A stretch of DNA of 64,000 nt, taken from assembly GCA_963780225.1 (NCBI GenBank), contig CAWAAX010000027.1, positions 97,363 through 161,362 on the forward strand, written 5' to 3'. The position numbers were made by a program, and so were the translations under genes. Of this stretch, positions 39,512 to 48,628 are shown piece by piece. Each line of letters starts with the position of its first letter. Position 1 is the first letter of the stretch. Origin of the DNA: an uncultured bacterium. Lineage in GTDB: Bacteria > Edwardsbacteria > AC1 > EtOH8. Under the pieces are notes generated by a model. The model did no database searches. It saw only the letters and a list, made by a program, of their open reading frames with translations, and had not been told where the DNA came from.

Positions 39512-41274
39512 TTCGCCCCTCCTTTTTGTTTTCTCGCTGCTGTACCCGCTGTGGTATCTGCTTTGCGGCTCCCCGCCATGTCTATGCGTTCTTTTGCCAG
39601 TTGCGTTTCCTGCGCCTGTTCCTGCCTGATGATTCTCAGCGCCTCGGCTTCCTGCGCCTCAAACACGGCGCGCATGGCGACGATCTGTGCTTCCAGCGCC
39701 TTGCGCTTGTCTTCCAGTTCGATATGCCGCAGCTCGACATCCTGCTTTTTCACCGTCAGCTGGGCCTTTATCCGCGCCTCTTGTGCCTGCCGCGCCGAGC
39801 CGGTCAGCACGCCCTCCGGACCGACGTAAACATTGAGCAATTCCACACCGTGATCGGTCAGCAGGAACTCGCGAATCTGATTCGAGTGCGCCATGCCGCG
39901 CGATTTCACGACGCTCAAGCAGCGATTCCGCTCGCCGCCGATGTCGATGTCGAGCAGGGACATCCAGGTGTCAATCAGCGACGAAATGGCAACGTCTTCT
40001 GCCTCGACAAAGCCGCCCTTCGAGGTCAACATGGTGCACATACTGGTGATTCTACTCATTTTGAGGTAATCCAACAGCCGCATCAGCATGGATTTTACTT
40101 CCGTCTTATTGCTCCCCATGACAAAGCTGCTCAACGGGTCCACAATCACGACCTGCGGTTTGAAGGCGTTGACCGCTTTGTGTATCATGGTCAGGTGCAT
40201 TTCCAGACCCGTGAAGGTGGGGCGGGTCGCCTGAAATTGGAGCAGGCCTTTCCGCACCCACGGTTCCAGGTCAATTCCGATGGAACGCATGTTGCGCATG
40301 ATCTGACTGGGAGATTCCTCAAAGGCAAAATAGAGGGCGCGTTCGCCGCGGCGGCAGGCAGCTTCGGCAAAGTGCGCGGCGATGCTGCTCTTGCCGGTGC
40401 CCGCCGTGCCGGAGACCAGCACGCTGCTGCCGCGGTAATAGCCCGCGCCGCCCAGCATCGTGTCGAGGCGCGCAATGCCGGTGGGGATTCGATCGGTGGA
40501 GGCAATGTTCTTTAAGCCGAGCGACGTGACCGGCAGCACCAGAATACCGTCTTCGTCAATCAGGAATGGATACTCATTCGTGCCATGCGTCGAGCCGCGA
40601 TACTTGACCACGCGCAACCGCCGCGAGGTGACCTGTTCGACCACGCGATGGTCGAGCATGATCACGCAGTCCGAGACGTACTCTTCGAGCCCCTGGCGCG
40701 TCAGCGTCTCATCGCCGCGTTCGCCGGTAATGATGGCGGTCACCCCCTTGTCTTTGAGCCAGCGGAACAGGCGGCGCAGTTCCGCGCGCAGGATGAGCGG
40801 ATTCGGCAAGCCGGAGAAGAGCGACTCGATGGTATCCAGCACAACGCGCTTGGCGCCAATGGAGTCAATGGCCTGCCCGAGGCGGATGAACAATCCTTCC
40901 AGATCGTATTCGCCGGTCATTTCGATTTCGCTACGCTCGATGTAGACAAAATCCAGCACTATCTTTTTGCGGGCGATCAGATCTTTCAAGTCGAACCCGA
41001 GCGAGGAGACGTTCTGGGTCAGGTCTTTGGCGGTCTCCTCGAAAGCCATGAAGACGCCCGGCTCGTTGAACTGCCTCGCGCCGCGCACCAAAAACTCCAT
41101 GGCGATGAGGGTCTTGCCGCAGCCCGCGCCTCCGCAGATCAGCGTCGGCCGCCCTTTGGGCAGCCCGCCGCCTGTGATTTCGTCCAGCCCCTGGATGCCG
41201 GTCGGCGATTTGGGTAGTTGCAGCCTGTAGATTTTTTCTGACTTTGTTTTTGGCTGCGGTCTGGGTTTAGTCAT
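39508..41274 (-). CDS. kaiC: KaiC double-RecA ATPase with C-terminal coiled coil
   Basis: [10 protein letters not shown] and [14 protein letters not shown] and FEES; ISSLIDT phosphosite loop (SS); [11 protein letters not shown] followed by a long helical tail. Confidence 0.97.
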   Translation of the reverse strand: MTKPRPQPKTKSEKIYRLQLPKSPTGIQGLDEITGGGLPKGRPTLICGGAGCGKTLIAMEFLVRGARQFNEPGVFMAFEETAKDLTQNVSSLGFDLKDLIARKKIVLDFVYIERSEIEMTGEYDLEGLFIRLGQAIDSIGAKRVVLDTIESLFSGLPNPLILRAELRRLFRWLKDKGVTAIITGERGDETLTRQGLEEYVSDCVIMLDHRVVEQVTSRRLRVVKYRGSTHGTNEYPFLIDEDGILVLPVTSLGLKNIASTDRIPTGIARLDTMLGGAGYYRGSSVLVSGTAGTGKSSIAAHFAEAACRRGERALYFAFEESPSQIMRNMRSIGIDLEPWVRKGLLQFQATRPTFTGLEMHLTMIHKAVNAFKPQVVIVDPLSSFVMGSNKTEVKSMLMRLLDYLKMSRITSMCTMLTSKGGFVEAEDVAISSLIDTWMSLLDIDIGGERNRCLSVVKSRGMAHSNQIREFLLTDHGVELLNVYVGPEGVLTGSARQAQEARIKAQLTVKKQDVELRHIELEDKRKALEAQIVAMRAVFEAQEAEALRIIRQEQAQETQLAKERIDMAGSRKADTTAGTAARKQKGGAK

Positions 41275-41321
41275 GATTCATCCCTCCTTTGTGTTGTGAA
41301 ATTCTGCCCTGGGATAGCGCA

Positions 41322-41490
41322 GTGTTGGCTATGTATCTTTCCTTCTTGTGGTTTCTTCCATGCCGCATCTGCGAAGCTCTGTCTGCCTGCCCGGATCTGG
41401 GGTACAACCATATCGCATCTATGATGCTTCATGGTAGCTCAAAAGGTCCATCGGACCGCCCCGTTTGTAGCCCCGTAGGGGCGCCACGTT
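41322..41490. repeat. Second copy of the tnpA leader + REP cluster, with the tnpA ATG mutated
   Basis: GTGTTGGCTATGTATCTTTCCTTCTTGTGGTTTCTTCCATGCCGCATCT... matches 37318 onward (GTGTTGGCCATGTATC...). Confidence 0.9.
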
Positions 41491-41500
41491 TGTTTCCCCG

Positions 41501-44500
41501 TTACCCGTTCCCGTATTTTTTGGGCTGCCCCTGCCGGGCCAATATCTCGTTGACCTCTCTTTTCAAATCCAGCACCCGGCCCTCGCGGTCCAGCATGGTG
41601 CCCTGCCAGCGCTGCAGCTCCGACAGCTGGGCTTGTATCTTTTCTTCGGCCTGCTTGCGCTCGGTGATGTCGGTGGCAATGCTCAAAATCACCGGCTGGC
41701 CCTGCCACACCGCCATTTTTGCGCTGACCATCATGGGCAAAGCCGTCCCGTCCTTTTTACGGTGCCGGACCTCGAATACCACCTGCCCCTTTGATCTCAG
41801 TTCGTCCATTCTGGCGGCTATCAACTCCGCGCTTTCGGGCATGTCTATCTGGTTAAGGTTCAGCGCCAGATATTCCTCCCGGGTGTAGCCCAGTATTTCA
41901 TGCGATGACCTGTTGGCATAGATGAATCTTCCGTTCAGGTCGTGCACCGTAACCGCGTTGGCCGCGTTGTCCAGCAGTTCCAACAGCTGCATGTTTTTCC
42001 ATTCGATCTCCTTCCGCTCGGTGATATCCTGGGCCACACCCCAAAGACCGACGATCTTGCCTTCTGCATCAACTTCCGCCTCGCCCCGCACCCACATCCA
42101 GCCGTTGCTCCCGTCTTTCCTTGCTGTCACCAGCTCCAATTCGTAAGCAACTCCAGTTTCCCTGGTATTGGCCAAAGCCGTGGACAGCCTTTCCCAGCTT
42201 TCCGGTGTAAACAGCTTCATGTGCTCGGTATAAGGCGGCGGGGGAAGAAGCGGATCAAAACCATACATTTTGTAGAGTTCTTCCGACCAAACGACCTGGT
42301 TGGTTGCCACGTTCAGATGCCAGTGGCCCAAGTGGGCGATCTGCTGTGATGCTTTCAGATATTTCTGGTTCTCCAAAAGAGCCTGCTCCACCCGCTTGCG
42401 CTCGGTGATGTCCAGCACAAATGCCACCCCGTTCATCCGGGCCTCGTCCACCATGGCCCCGGCCAGCAGGATCGGCATCCGGGTTCCGTCCTTGCGGATG
42501 TATTCCTTTTCAAACGGCGTCTTGTTGTACCCGGTGGATTTGAGCTCGGCCAGCGAATTCTCATCCAAATGGCGGTACTCCGGCGGCGTCATGTTCACCC
42601 AATCCACCCGGCCGGCCGTCAGGTCTTCCCTGGTATAGCCCGTCATCTCCAGGAATTTGTCATTGGCGTCGGTAATCACCCCTTCGGTGTTCCAGTATAT
42701 CACCCCCAGCATCTCCGATTCGTAGAACCGCCGAAGCTTGGACTCGCTTTTTTTAAGGGCAATTTCGGCCTTCTTCTGCTCGGTCAGGTCGTCGTAAACG
42801 GCCACGATCTCCCCGGATGGCAGTTTGTAAACATAATTCTCCCGCCAGCCTTCCAGGCGGTCGTCCTTATACATTGAAACCGGGTAATGTTCCGGGTTCC
42901 CGGTCCGCCACACCCTCTGGAACACCTCGAACAGCCCCATGGATTTGATGCCGGGGAATACTTCGGTCACTTTTTTCCCGATCGCCTGGTCTTTGGTGAT
43001 CTGGTCCATCCTTTGCCCGGCCGGGTTGAAATCCTCAAAGACGAAATCCGCTCCGTCGTCCACCGCCCGGTAAACGGCCACCCCGCTGTTGATCCCCTGA
43101 AACAAATGGGAAAACCGGGCCTTGCTGGCCAGCAGTTCATCCCTGGACCTTTGCAGTTCTTCTATGTTGTGCCTCATTTCCTCGTCGGCGGCCTTCAGCT
43201 CCTCCTCCGAAGCCATCAATTGCTCGTTAGTGGCTTCTAATTCCTCGGTGCGGTCCTGGATCTTCTGTTCAAACTGCTTGCGCTCGGTTATGTCCCGGAC
43301 TATTCCCTGCAGGTATACCTTTCCCTCTATTTCGATCACACGGGCGCTGATCTCCACCGGGAAGGTGGTTCCGTCCTTGCGCCGGTGCATGGTCTCGTAT
43401 ACCAGGCTTCCCTTTTCCGCCAGTTCCCTCATCTGGGCCTTGAACTTCTCTCTTTGCTCCTCCGCCCGGATAAGCCCGGCCTCCCGGCCCAGCAGTTCCT
43501 CCCGGGCATAGCCGTAGGCCTCCACCCCCCGCTCGTTGATCTCCACTATCCGGCGGTCCTGGTCCAGCAGGAAGATGATGTCGTTGGCGTATTTGGTCAG
43601 ATAATCAAAATGCCTGACCAGCGCCCGTTTATCTAGCTCCAGCTGGTACTGTTTTTTGTAAAAGCCCCGGCGCTCGGCCTGCCAGATGAAGGACAATACC
43701 GCGGCCAGCAGCAATACGATCATTGCAACCAGCGCCGCCAAGCTCCCGGCCTGCCGCTTAAGCGGGGCGTAAATCTCCTCCTTGTCAACTTTGGTCACCA
43801 TGAACCAGGGGGAATCGGCAATATGCCTTAAAGCCGCCACTACCGGAACGCCCCGGTAATCATGGCTCTCCACCATGCCTTTCTTGCCTAAAACGGCCAT
43901 GACGCCGGGCAAAAGCGTATCCGTAATAGGTACTCTCAGTTTTACATCAGTATCCTTTTGATGCCGCAGTTTGTTCAAATGCAGAACTTGATCGCCTTCC
44001 CGGCGGAGTAGCACAGTTTCCCCGGTTTTACTGATAGTAGGCCAGGCTTGTATCAGGGTATAAAGATAGACTTGGGGATTGATCCGGAAAATGAGGCAAC
44101 CAATATATTTTTTGTTTACAAATAGTGGGGCAAAAATGTCAAGATGCTCGTGGCCGCATTCCGGGCAATAATAGAAATCACTAAATAGTATTTTATGGCT
44201 GTCGGCTGCCATTTTAATGAGCTTTTTGGTGTTCGTTCCCAGCCCGTCGGCATTTTCAGATGCGGTTTCAAGTTTTACTTTATCGGCTGCGTCAGTCAAA
44301 ATAATGTTTTCATAGCTGTTTAATACCCTAAAGGTGTTAAGACGGTTGAATATCAGTTTTTCCGTATGCTTGTCTCCTGGTTTTGCAAACCACTGGCTGA
44401 TTACAGAAATAAGTATCTCGCTGTTGGAAAGCACGTAGGCATCCTTGTACCGCTCCTTTCGCCAGTTCGTTATCTCCTCGCTTTTAAGCTGGGCGATGGT

Positions 44501-44647
44501 ATTCAGATCACCCTGGATATGAGCCACGGTACTGGCCCGCTGCTGCCTATAAAAAACAAATCCCCCGGCGCTGATGCCTGCCGCCAGCAGTAAAAATACC
44601 GCCAGCAGCTTAAAGGGGATCTTTTCCATTATCTGACGCTTGGTCAT
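41501..44647 (-). CDS. Membrane Cache + multi-PAS sensor without kinase domain
   Basis: TM, periplasmic Cache-like region (DYRGVPV), TM, about 5 PAS; same REGRVLDLKREVNEIL tail as 37680; start after AGGAGG. Confidence 0.9.
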   Translation of the reverse strand: MTKRQIMEKIPFKLLAVFLLLAAGISAGGFVFYRQQRASTVAHIQGDLNTIAQLKSEEITNWRKERYKDAYVLSNSEILISVISQWFAKPGDKHTEKLIFNRLNTFRVLNSYENIILTDAADKVKLETASENADGLGTNTKKLIKMAADSHKILFSDFYYCPECGHEHLDIFAPLFVNKKYIGCLIFRINPQVYLYTLIQAWPTISKTGETVLLRREGDQVLHLNKLRHQKDTDVKLRVPITDTLLPGVMAVLGKKGMVESHDYRGVPVVAALRHIADSPWFMVTKVDKEEIYAPLKRQAGSLAALVAMIVLLLAAVLSFIWQAERRGFYKKQYQLELDKRALVRHFDYLTKYANDIIFLLDQDRRIVEINERGVEAYGYAREELLGREAGLIRAEEQREKFKAQMRELAEKGSLVYETMHRRKDGTTFPVEISARVIEIEGKVYLQGIVRDITERKQFEQKIQDRTEELEATNEQLMASEEELKAADEEMRHNIEELQRSRDELLASKARFSHLFQGINSGVAVYRAVDDGADFVFEDFNPAGQRMDQITKDQAIGKKVTEVFPGIKSMGLFEVFQRVWRTGNPEHYPVSMYKDDRLEGWRENYVYKLPSGEIVAVYDDLTEQKKAEIALKKSESKLRRFYESEMLGVIYWNTEGVITDANDKFLEMTGYTREDLTAGRVDWVNMTPPEYRHLDENSLAELKSTGYNKTPFEKEYIRKDGTRMPILLAGAMVDEARMNGVAFVLDITERKRVEQALLENQKYLKASQQIAHLGHWHLNVATNQVVWSEELYKMYGFDPLLPPPPYTEHMKLFTPESWERLSTALANTRETGVAYELELVTARKDGSNGWMWVRGEAEVDAEGKIVGLWGVAQDITERKEIEWKNMQLLELLDNAANAVTVHDLNGRFIYANRSSHEILGYTREEYLALNLNQIDMPESAELIAARMDELRSKGQVVFEVRHRKKDGTALPMMVSAKMAVWQGQPVILSIATDITERKQAEEKIQAQLSELQRWQGTMLDREGRVLDLKREVNEILARQGQPKKYGNG

Positions 44648-44659
44648 CTTGGTCCCTCC

Positions 44660-45258
44660 TTTTTTTGCCACTAAGACACAAAGGCACAAAGGGGTTATTT
44701 TTATTTAGGGTTATACACTTCTGATTCTGCTTGCCTGGCCCGCTTCTCCCCTAATAAGGGGAGATCAAGAGGGGTGTCCTGCCCCTAAGGGGAGATTAAG
44801 GCATGTCCTGAGTTATGCCAGTATTGTGACTTGCGAAGGAGGGGTTTCTTTGGCTGGCCCCTCTCCCTGCCTCTCCCACATGAGGAGAGAGGTGGTTTTA
44901 GAGTCAAAGGGCAGAGTATAATTATATACTATTTCTTTGCGACCACTTCGGCATTACTTAGTGCATGCTTTGCGTCTTCGCGTTTAAATAATAAATCGGC
45001 AAAATCAGCGGGAATCGTTCGACTGAACCTGCCGAAGTCTGCGTCCCGAATGGTGCCCCGCCACACTTCGACAAGGGCTTGGCAGGTCAGTCCGATGGCT
45101 CAGTGTCCGGCGGGGCTTCAGCCCGCAGGCACTAAAACCGCTAAGGTGTTTAATTATTTTTAGTGCCCTTTAGTGGGAAAGAAGTAAAAATACTCTCGTG
45201 TTAATCTGCGGCTATCTGCGTAATCATTCTGCTAACGCTCACGACGGCGTCTGCGGAT
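44660..45258. repeat. Cluster of multiple REP-like families
   Basis: GCCACTAAGACACAAAGGCACAAAG; CTCCCC..GGGGAG; CCCTCTCCC..GGAGAGAGG; CTTTGCG..CTTTGCGTCTTCGCG; AATCAGCGGGAATC..TCTGCGTCCC; CCCCGCCACACTTCGAC..CTCAGTGTCCGGCGGGG; ATCTGCGGCTATCTGCG. Confidence 0.75.
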
Positions 45259-45260
45259 GG

Positions 45261-45830
45261 TCATGGTGCCAAACTCAGCAGTCTCTCGCACTCCTCCAAA
45301 AACTTGGCCATCCTGAACGGCTTCCCCAGGTAGGCATCGGCCCCGGCCTTCATGATTCTCTGCTTGTTCTCATCGGTATCGTACCCGGTAATGGCCAGCA
45401 CCCTGGTCAGGGAATGCTGTTCCTTAATCTGGCGGCAGACCTCAAACCCGTCAATGCCGGGGAGCTTCAGGTCCAGCACCACTAACTGCGGGTCATGCTG
45501 TCCCAACAAACGCCCGGCCTCAAAACCATCGGCGGCGATGAATATTTCGTATCCCTTTTTAACCGAAGTTAAAAAGCCGGTCACCAGTTGCAGAATGGCA
45601 GGGTCATCGTCCACCACCAGTATTTTTATTTTTTCCGGGACCAGGCCTGCCGGCAGCGGCATTTTATGGCGCTTTATGAATGCTATCAGGTCCGGCTCCA
45701 GCACCCGGCGGTGTCCGCCCGGAGTGTTGAAAGCGGCCAGTTTGCCCTTGTCCACCCAGTCGGCCACGGTGGAGGGATAGACGTCAAGCATTTTGGCGAT
45801 CTTGAAGGTAGTGTAGGTCTTTTTGCGCAT
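45261..45830 (-). CDS. Response regulator with N-terminal excisionase-like HTH and C-terminal receiver
   Basis: YTTFKIAKML.V...TV..WVD.GKL..FNTPGGHRR; VVDDD, LDLKLP, ITG, GKPF. Confidence 0.93.
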   Translation of the reverse strand: MRKKTYTTFKIAKMLDVYPSTVADWVDKGKLAAFNTPGGHRRVLEPDLIAFIKRHKMPLPAGLVPEKIKILVVDDDPAILQLVTGFLTSVKKGYEIFIAADGFEAGRLLGQHDPQLVVLDLKLPGIDGFEVCRQIKEQHSLTRVLAITGYDTDENKQRIMKAGADAYLGKPFRMAKFLEECERLLSLAP

Positions 45831-45922
45831 GGCTTCTTTTATGTTCTTAATAGGTTGGAGTATGTACCCGTCCCGGGGAGGCAGTGGAAATTACCGGCAG
45901 TAATATTTTTTAATCGTGATGC

Positions 45923-46525
45923 TCACTTTTTAACCGGAGTAAGATTGATTCGCTGGTTAATCCGGGATTTTCTTCCGGCAATATCCACGTAAAATATATC
46001 TATCAATGCCACATCATTATTCAGGTAAACCACCACGCTGCCTTTAAGGTCTTTGGTTATCGAGAGCGGCGGCAGTTTGTCGTAAGAATATTTGCTGGAA
46101 TTGGTAATGAACACGGCCGGGTTTTTTAAACTGCTGGGAATGGACGAATAATTTAAAATTACCTTGCTTTTGGAATAGGGGTTTTTGTGATTGTAAACAT
46201 TATCGTACTTCTTGTTTTCCAGTATGGTTTCCAGCTTGCCGTTTAAATACTTGATGTCATAGTTTTTGCTTACCCAAAGGTGCTTCAGATCGTAATCCGA
46301 CACATTACTGTAAACATTGAAGTTTAAATTGTTCACCATGGCCTTAAGCCCGGCCTCCTGGGCTCTGGCGATCATCCGGTGCATGCTTACTGCGGATATG
46401 GAACTGAGGATGCCTATGATCACCACCGCCACCATCAGCTCGACCAGGGTAAAGCCTTTGGAGTTGGATATTACTGATCCCGGCCGGGCGCAGTTTGTTT
46501 TGGATGAAAATAAATGGCTTTTCAT
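45923..46525 (-). CDS. Type IV pilin/pseudopilin-like protein (copy B)
   Basis: Class III signal KG|FTLVELMVAVVIIGIL with Glu5. Confidence 0.9.
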   Translation of the reverse strand: MKSHLFSSKTNCARPGSVISNSKGFTLVELMVAVVIIGILSSISAVSMHRMIARAQEAGLKAMVNNLNFNVYSNVSDYDLKHLWVSKNYDIKYLNGKLETILENKKYDNVYNHKNPYSKSKVILNYSSIPSSLKNPAVFITNSSKYSYDKLPPLSITKDLKGSVVVYLNNDVALIDIFYVDIAGRKSRINQRINLTPVKK

Positions 46526-47034
46526 TTTTCCACCTCCGCTTTGGGATTTTTAGCCGAGGCTTTAATGGCCTTTACCCCGTGGGTCTGCGGATTGGGACAC
46601 TGCACAATGGTATCCCCGGCAATGACCGTTATTTTATAGGACTGGCCGCTGCTGGGACAGGTCAGGCTGTCGGGGACCTCCCGGCCGGAGGCTATTTGGG
46701 TGATGTTTTCCCGGCACAACTCCACATCCTTGGAATATTCAGGCTTGGCCGCTTCAACCGGCCGGTTGGCCAGCAGCATTTTCACGATTATCACCGTGTT
46801 AAGCACGGTCAGTCCGGCAAAAACGATCAGGATCAGGAGCTTCAACACCTGCCCGGCCTTGCTTGGAGTTGGGGCTTTGGGGGCTTCCTCTTTCTTGGTC
46901 TCGGGGATTTTGCTCTCGGCCATCTCGATGGCGCACTGCAGACAGAACTTGTCGGCCCCCTGCTTCTGTTCACTGTCCCTAATGGCCTGGCCGCAGCGCT
47001 GGCACAAGGCATCAACTTTTTTTACCGGCTCCAT
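46522..47034 (-). CDS. Membrane protein with N-terminal CxxC-CxxC and Cys-containing C-terminal domain (copy B)
   Basis: CQRC...CLQC, single TM, C...CPSSG.SY...CPNP..H; stop overlaps the pilin start. Confidence 0.8.
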   Translation of the reverse strand: MEPVKKVDALCQRCGQAIRDSEQKQGADKFCLQCAIEMAESKIPETKKEEAPKAPTPSKAGQVLKLLILIVFAGLTVLNTVIIVKMLLANRPVEAAKPEYSKDVELCRENITQIASGREVPDSLTCPSSGQSYKITVIAGDTIVQCPNPQTHGVKAIKASAKNPKAEVEK

Positions 47035-47071
47035 GTTCTCTCCTGTCATATAATGGTTATATGCCTATCTG

Positions 47072-47677
47072 TTATCTCTTAATGCTCTCCAGAGTGTTAA
47101 TCCTCAGGTTGATCTGGGACTTTTTTCCGGCCAGGTTTATGTAATATACGTCAATATATGGCACATTATTATTCAGGTAAACTATTACGCTTCCTTTTAA
47201 GGTTTCGGTAACCGTGGCCGGATTAAGTTTGTCGTAAGAATAATTGCTGGAATAGTTGATGAAAACCGCCGGATTTTTAAAAACATTAGGCAGCCAGGAA
47301 TAGTTTAATATTAACTTGCTTTTGGAATACGGATTTTTGTGGCCGTAAATATTGTCGTATTCCTTGTTTTCCAGTATGGTTTCCAACTTGCTGTTCAAAT
47401 AATTAGTATTATAGCTCTCGCTTATCCATCGGTGATTCAAGTCATAGTCCGATACAATACTGTAAACATTGTAATTTACGTTATGCACCATGGCCTTAAG
47501 CCCGGCCTCCTGGGCTCTGGCGATCATCCGGGAGATGCTGATAGTGGCTATGGAACTGAGGATGCCTATGATCACCACCACCACCATCAGTTCTATCAGG
47601 GTAAAGCCTTTGGAGTTGGACATTACTGAGCCCGGCCGGGTGCAGTTTGTTTTGGATGAAAATAAATGGCTTTTCAT
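47072..47677 (-). CDS. Type IV pilin/pseudopilin-like protein (copy A)
   Basis: KG|FTLIELMVVVVIIGIL; paralog of 45923. Confidence 0.9.
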   Translation of the reverse strand: MKSHLFSSKTNCTRPGSVMSNSKGFTLIELMVVVVIIGILSSIATISISRMIARAQEAGLKAMVHNVNYNVYSIVSDYDLNHRWISESYNTNYLNSKLETILENKEYDNIYGHKNPYSKSKLILNYSWLPNVFKNPAVFINYSSNYSYDKLNPATVTETLKGSVIVYLNNNVPYIDVYYINLAGKKSQINLRINTLESIKR

Positions 47678-48186
47678 CTTTCCACCTCCGCTTTGGGATT
47701 TTTAGCCGAGGCTTTAATGGCCTTTACTTTGTGGGTCTGCGGATTAGGGCACTGCACAATGGTATCCCCGGCAATGACTGTTATTTTATAGGACTGGCCG
47801 CTGCTGGGACAGGTCAGGCTGTCGGGGATCTCCCGGCCGGAGGCTATTTGAGCGATGTTTTCCCGGCACAACTCCACATCCTTGGAATATTCAGGCTTGG
47901 CCGCTTCAATCGGCCGGTTGGCCAGCAGCATTTTCACGATTATCACCGTGTTAAGCACGGTCAGTCCGGCAAAAACGATCAGGATCAGGAGCTTCAACAC
48001 CTGCCCGGCCTTGCTTGGAGTTGGGGCTTTGGGGGCTTCCTCTTTCTTGGTCTCGGGGATTTTGCTCTCGGCCATCTCGATGGCGCACTGCAGACAGAAC
48101 TTGTCGGCCCCCTGCTTCTGTTCACTGTCCCTAATGGCCTGGCCGCAGCGCTGGCACAAGGCATCAACTTTTTTTACCGGCTCCAT
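47674..48186 (-). CDS. Membrane Zn-finger protein (copy A)
   Basis: Nearly identical to 46522-47034 at an offset of 1152 bp. Confidence 0.8.
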   Translation of the reverse strand: MEPVKKVDALCQRCGQAIRDSEQKQGADKFCLQCAIEMAESKIPETKKEEAPKAPTPSKAGQVLKLLILIVFAGLTVLNTVIIVKMLLANRPIEAAKPEYSKDVELCRENIAQIASGREIPDSLTCPSSGQSYKITVIAGDTIVQCPNPQTHKVKAIKASAKNPKAEVER

Positions 48187-48272
48187 GTTCTTTCCTATCG
48201 TTTTAGTATAAAATAAAATGCTTATCCAATTAGCTCAGGAAACTGGTTGAACACCCGGTGCCAACCCCGGTT

Positions 48273-48496
48273 GTCGCGTTAAAAACTTGTCTGCATGTTT
48301 GAGGGCTGGGCCAAAGCCCGAGTTCAGACAAGCCCGCCGTCAGCGAGAAGCGCAACGCGGGCCCGCTGAAGCCTTGGCGTAAGCGTGGCCCGGAGAGTTT
48401 TAAGCGACGAGCTTTTTCTTTTGGTCCTTTGCTGGAGCCTGCCCTGAGAAGGCTATTTACCTTGCAAACGAAGGGGCGGCACAAAAAGAAAAGAAC
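48273..48496. other. Structured non-coding element with nested stems and inserted palindromes
   Basis: GTCGCGTTAAAA / TTTTAAGCGAC, CTTGTCTG / CAGACAAG, GGGCT / AGCCC, then TTCTTTTGGT...CAAAAAGAAAAGAAC. Confidence 0.6.
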
Positions 48497-48628
48497 GTAA
48501 TCGGACTAAATCAGGGTTTTTACCATATCCTGTATATACTTTCTACTTTTCCTGAGCAAGTTAGATAATCATTTAAAATATTTCCCGTGCGTTGTAGGGG
48601 CGAATTGCCATTCGCCAAATGGTTAAGG

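Noticed and set aside
44831..45163. ORF 44831..45163, and similarly 48230..48484 and 51632..51826
   Set aside because: They lie wholly in palindromic repeat clusters, with no convincing RBS or protein motifs.
45923..48190. Diversity-generating retroelement TR/VR pair
   Set aside because: No reverse transcriptase in the window, both copies are intact genes, and differences are not confined to adenines.
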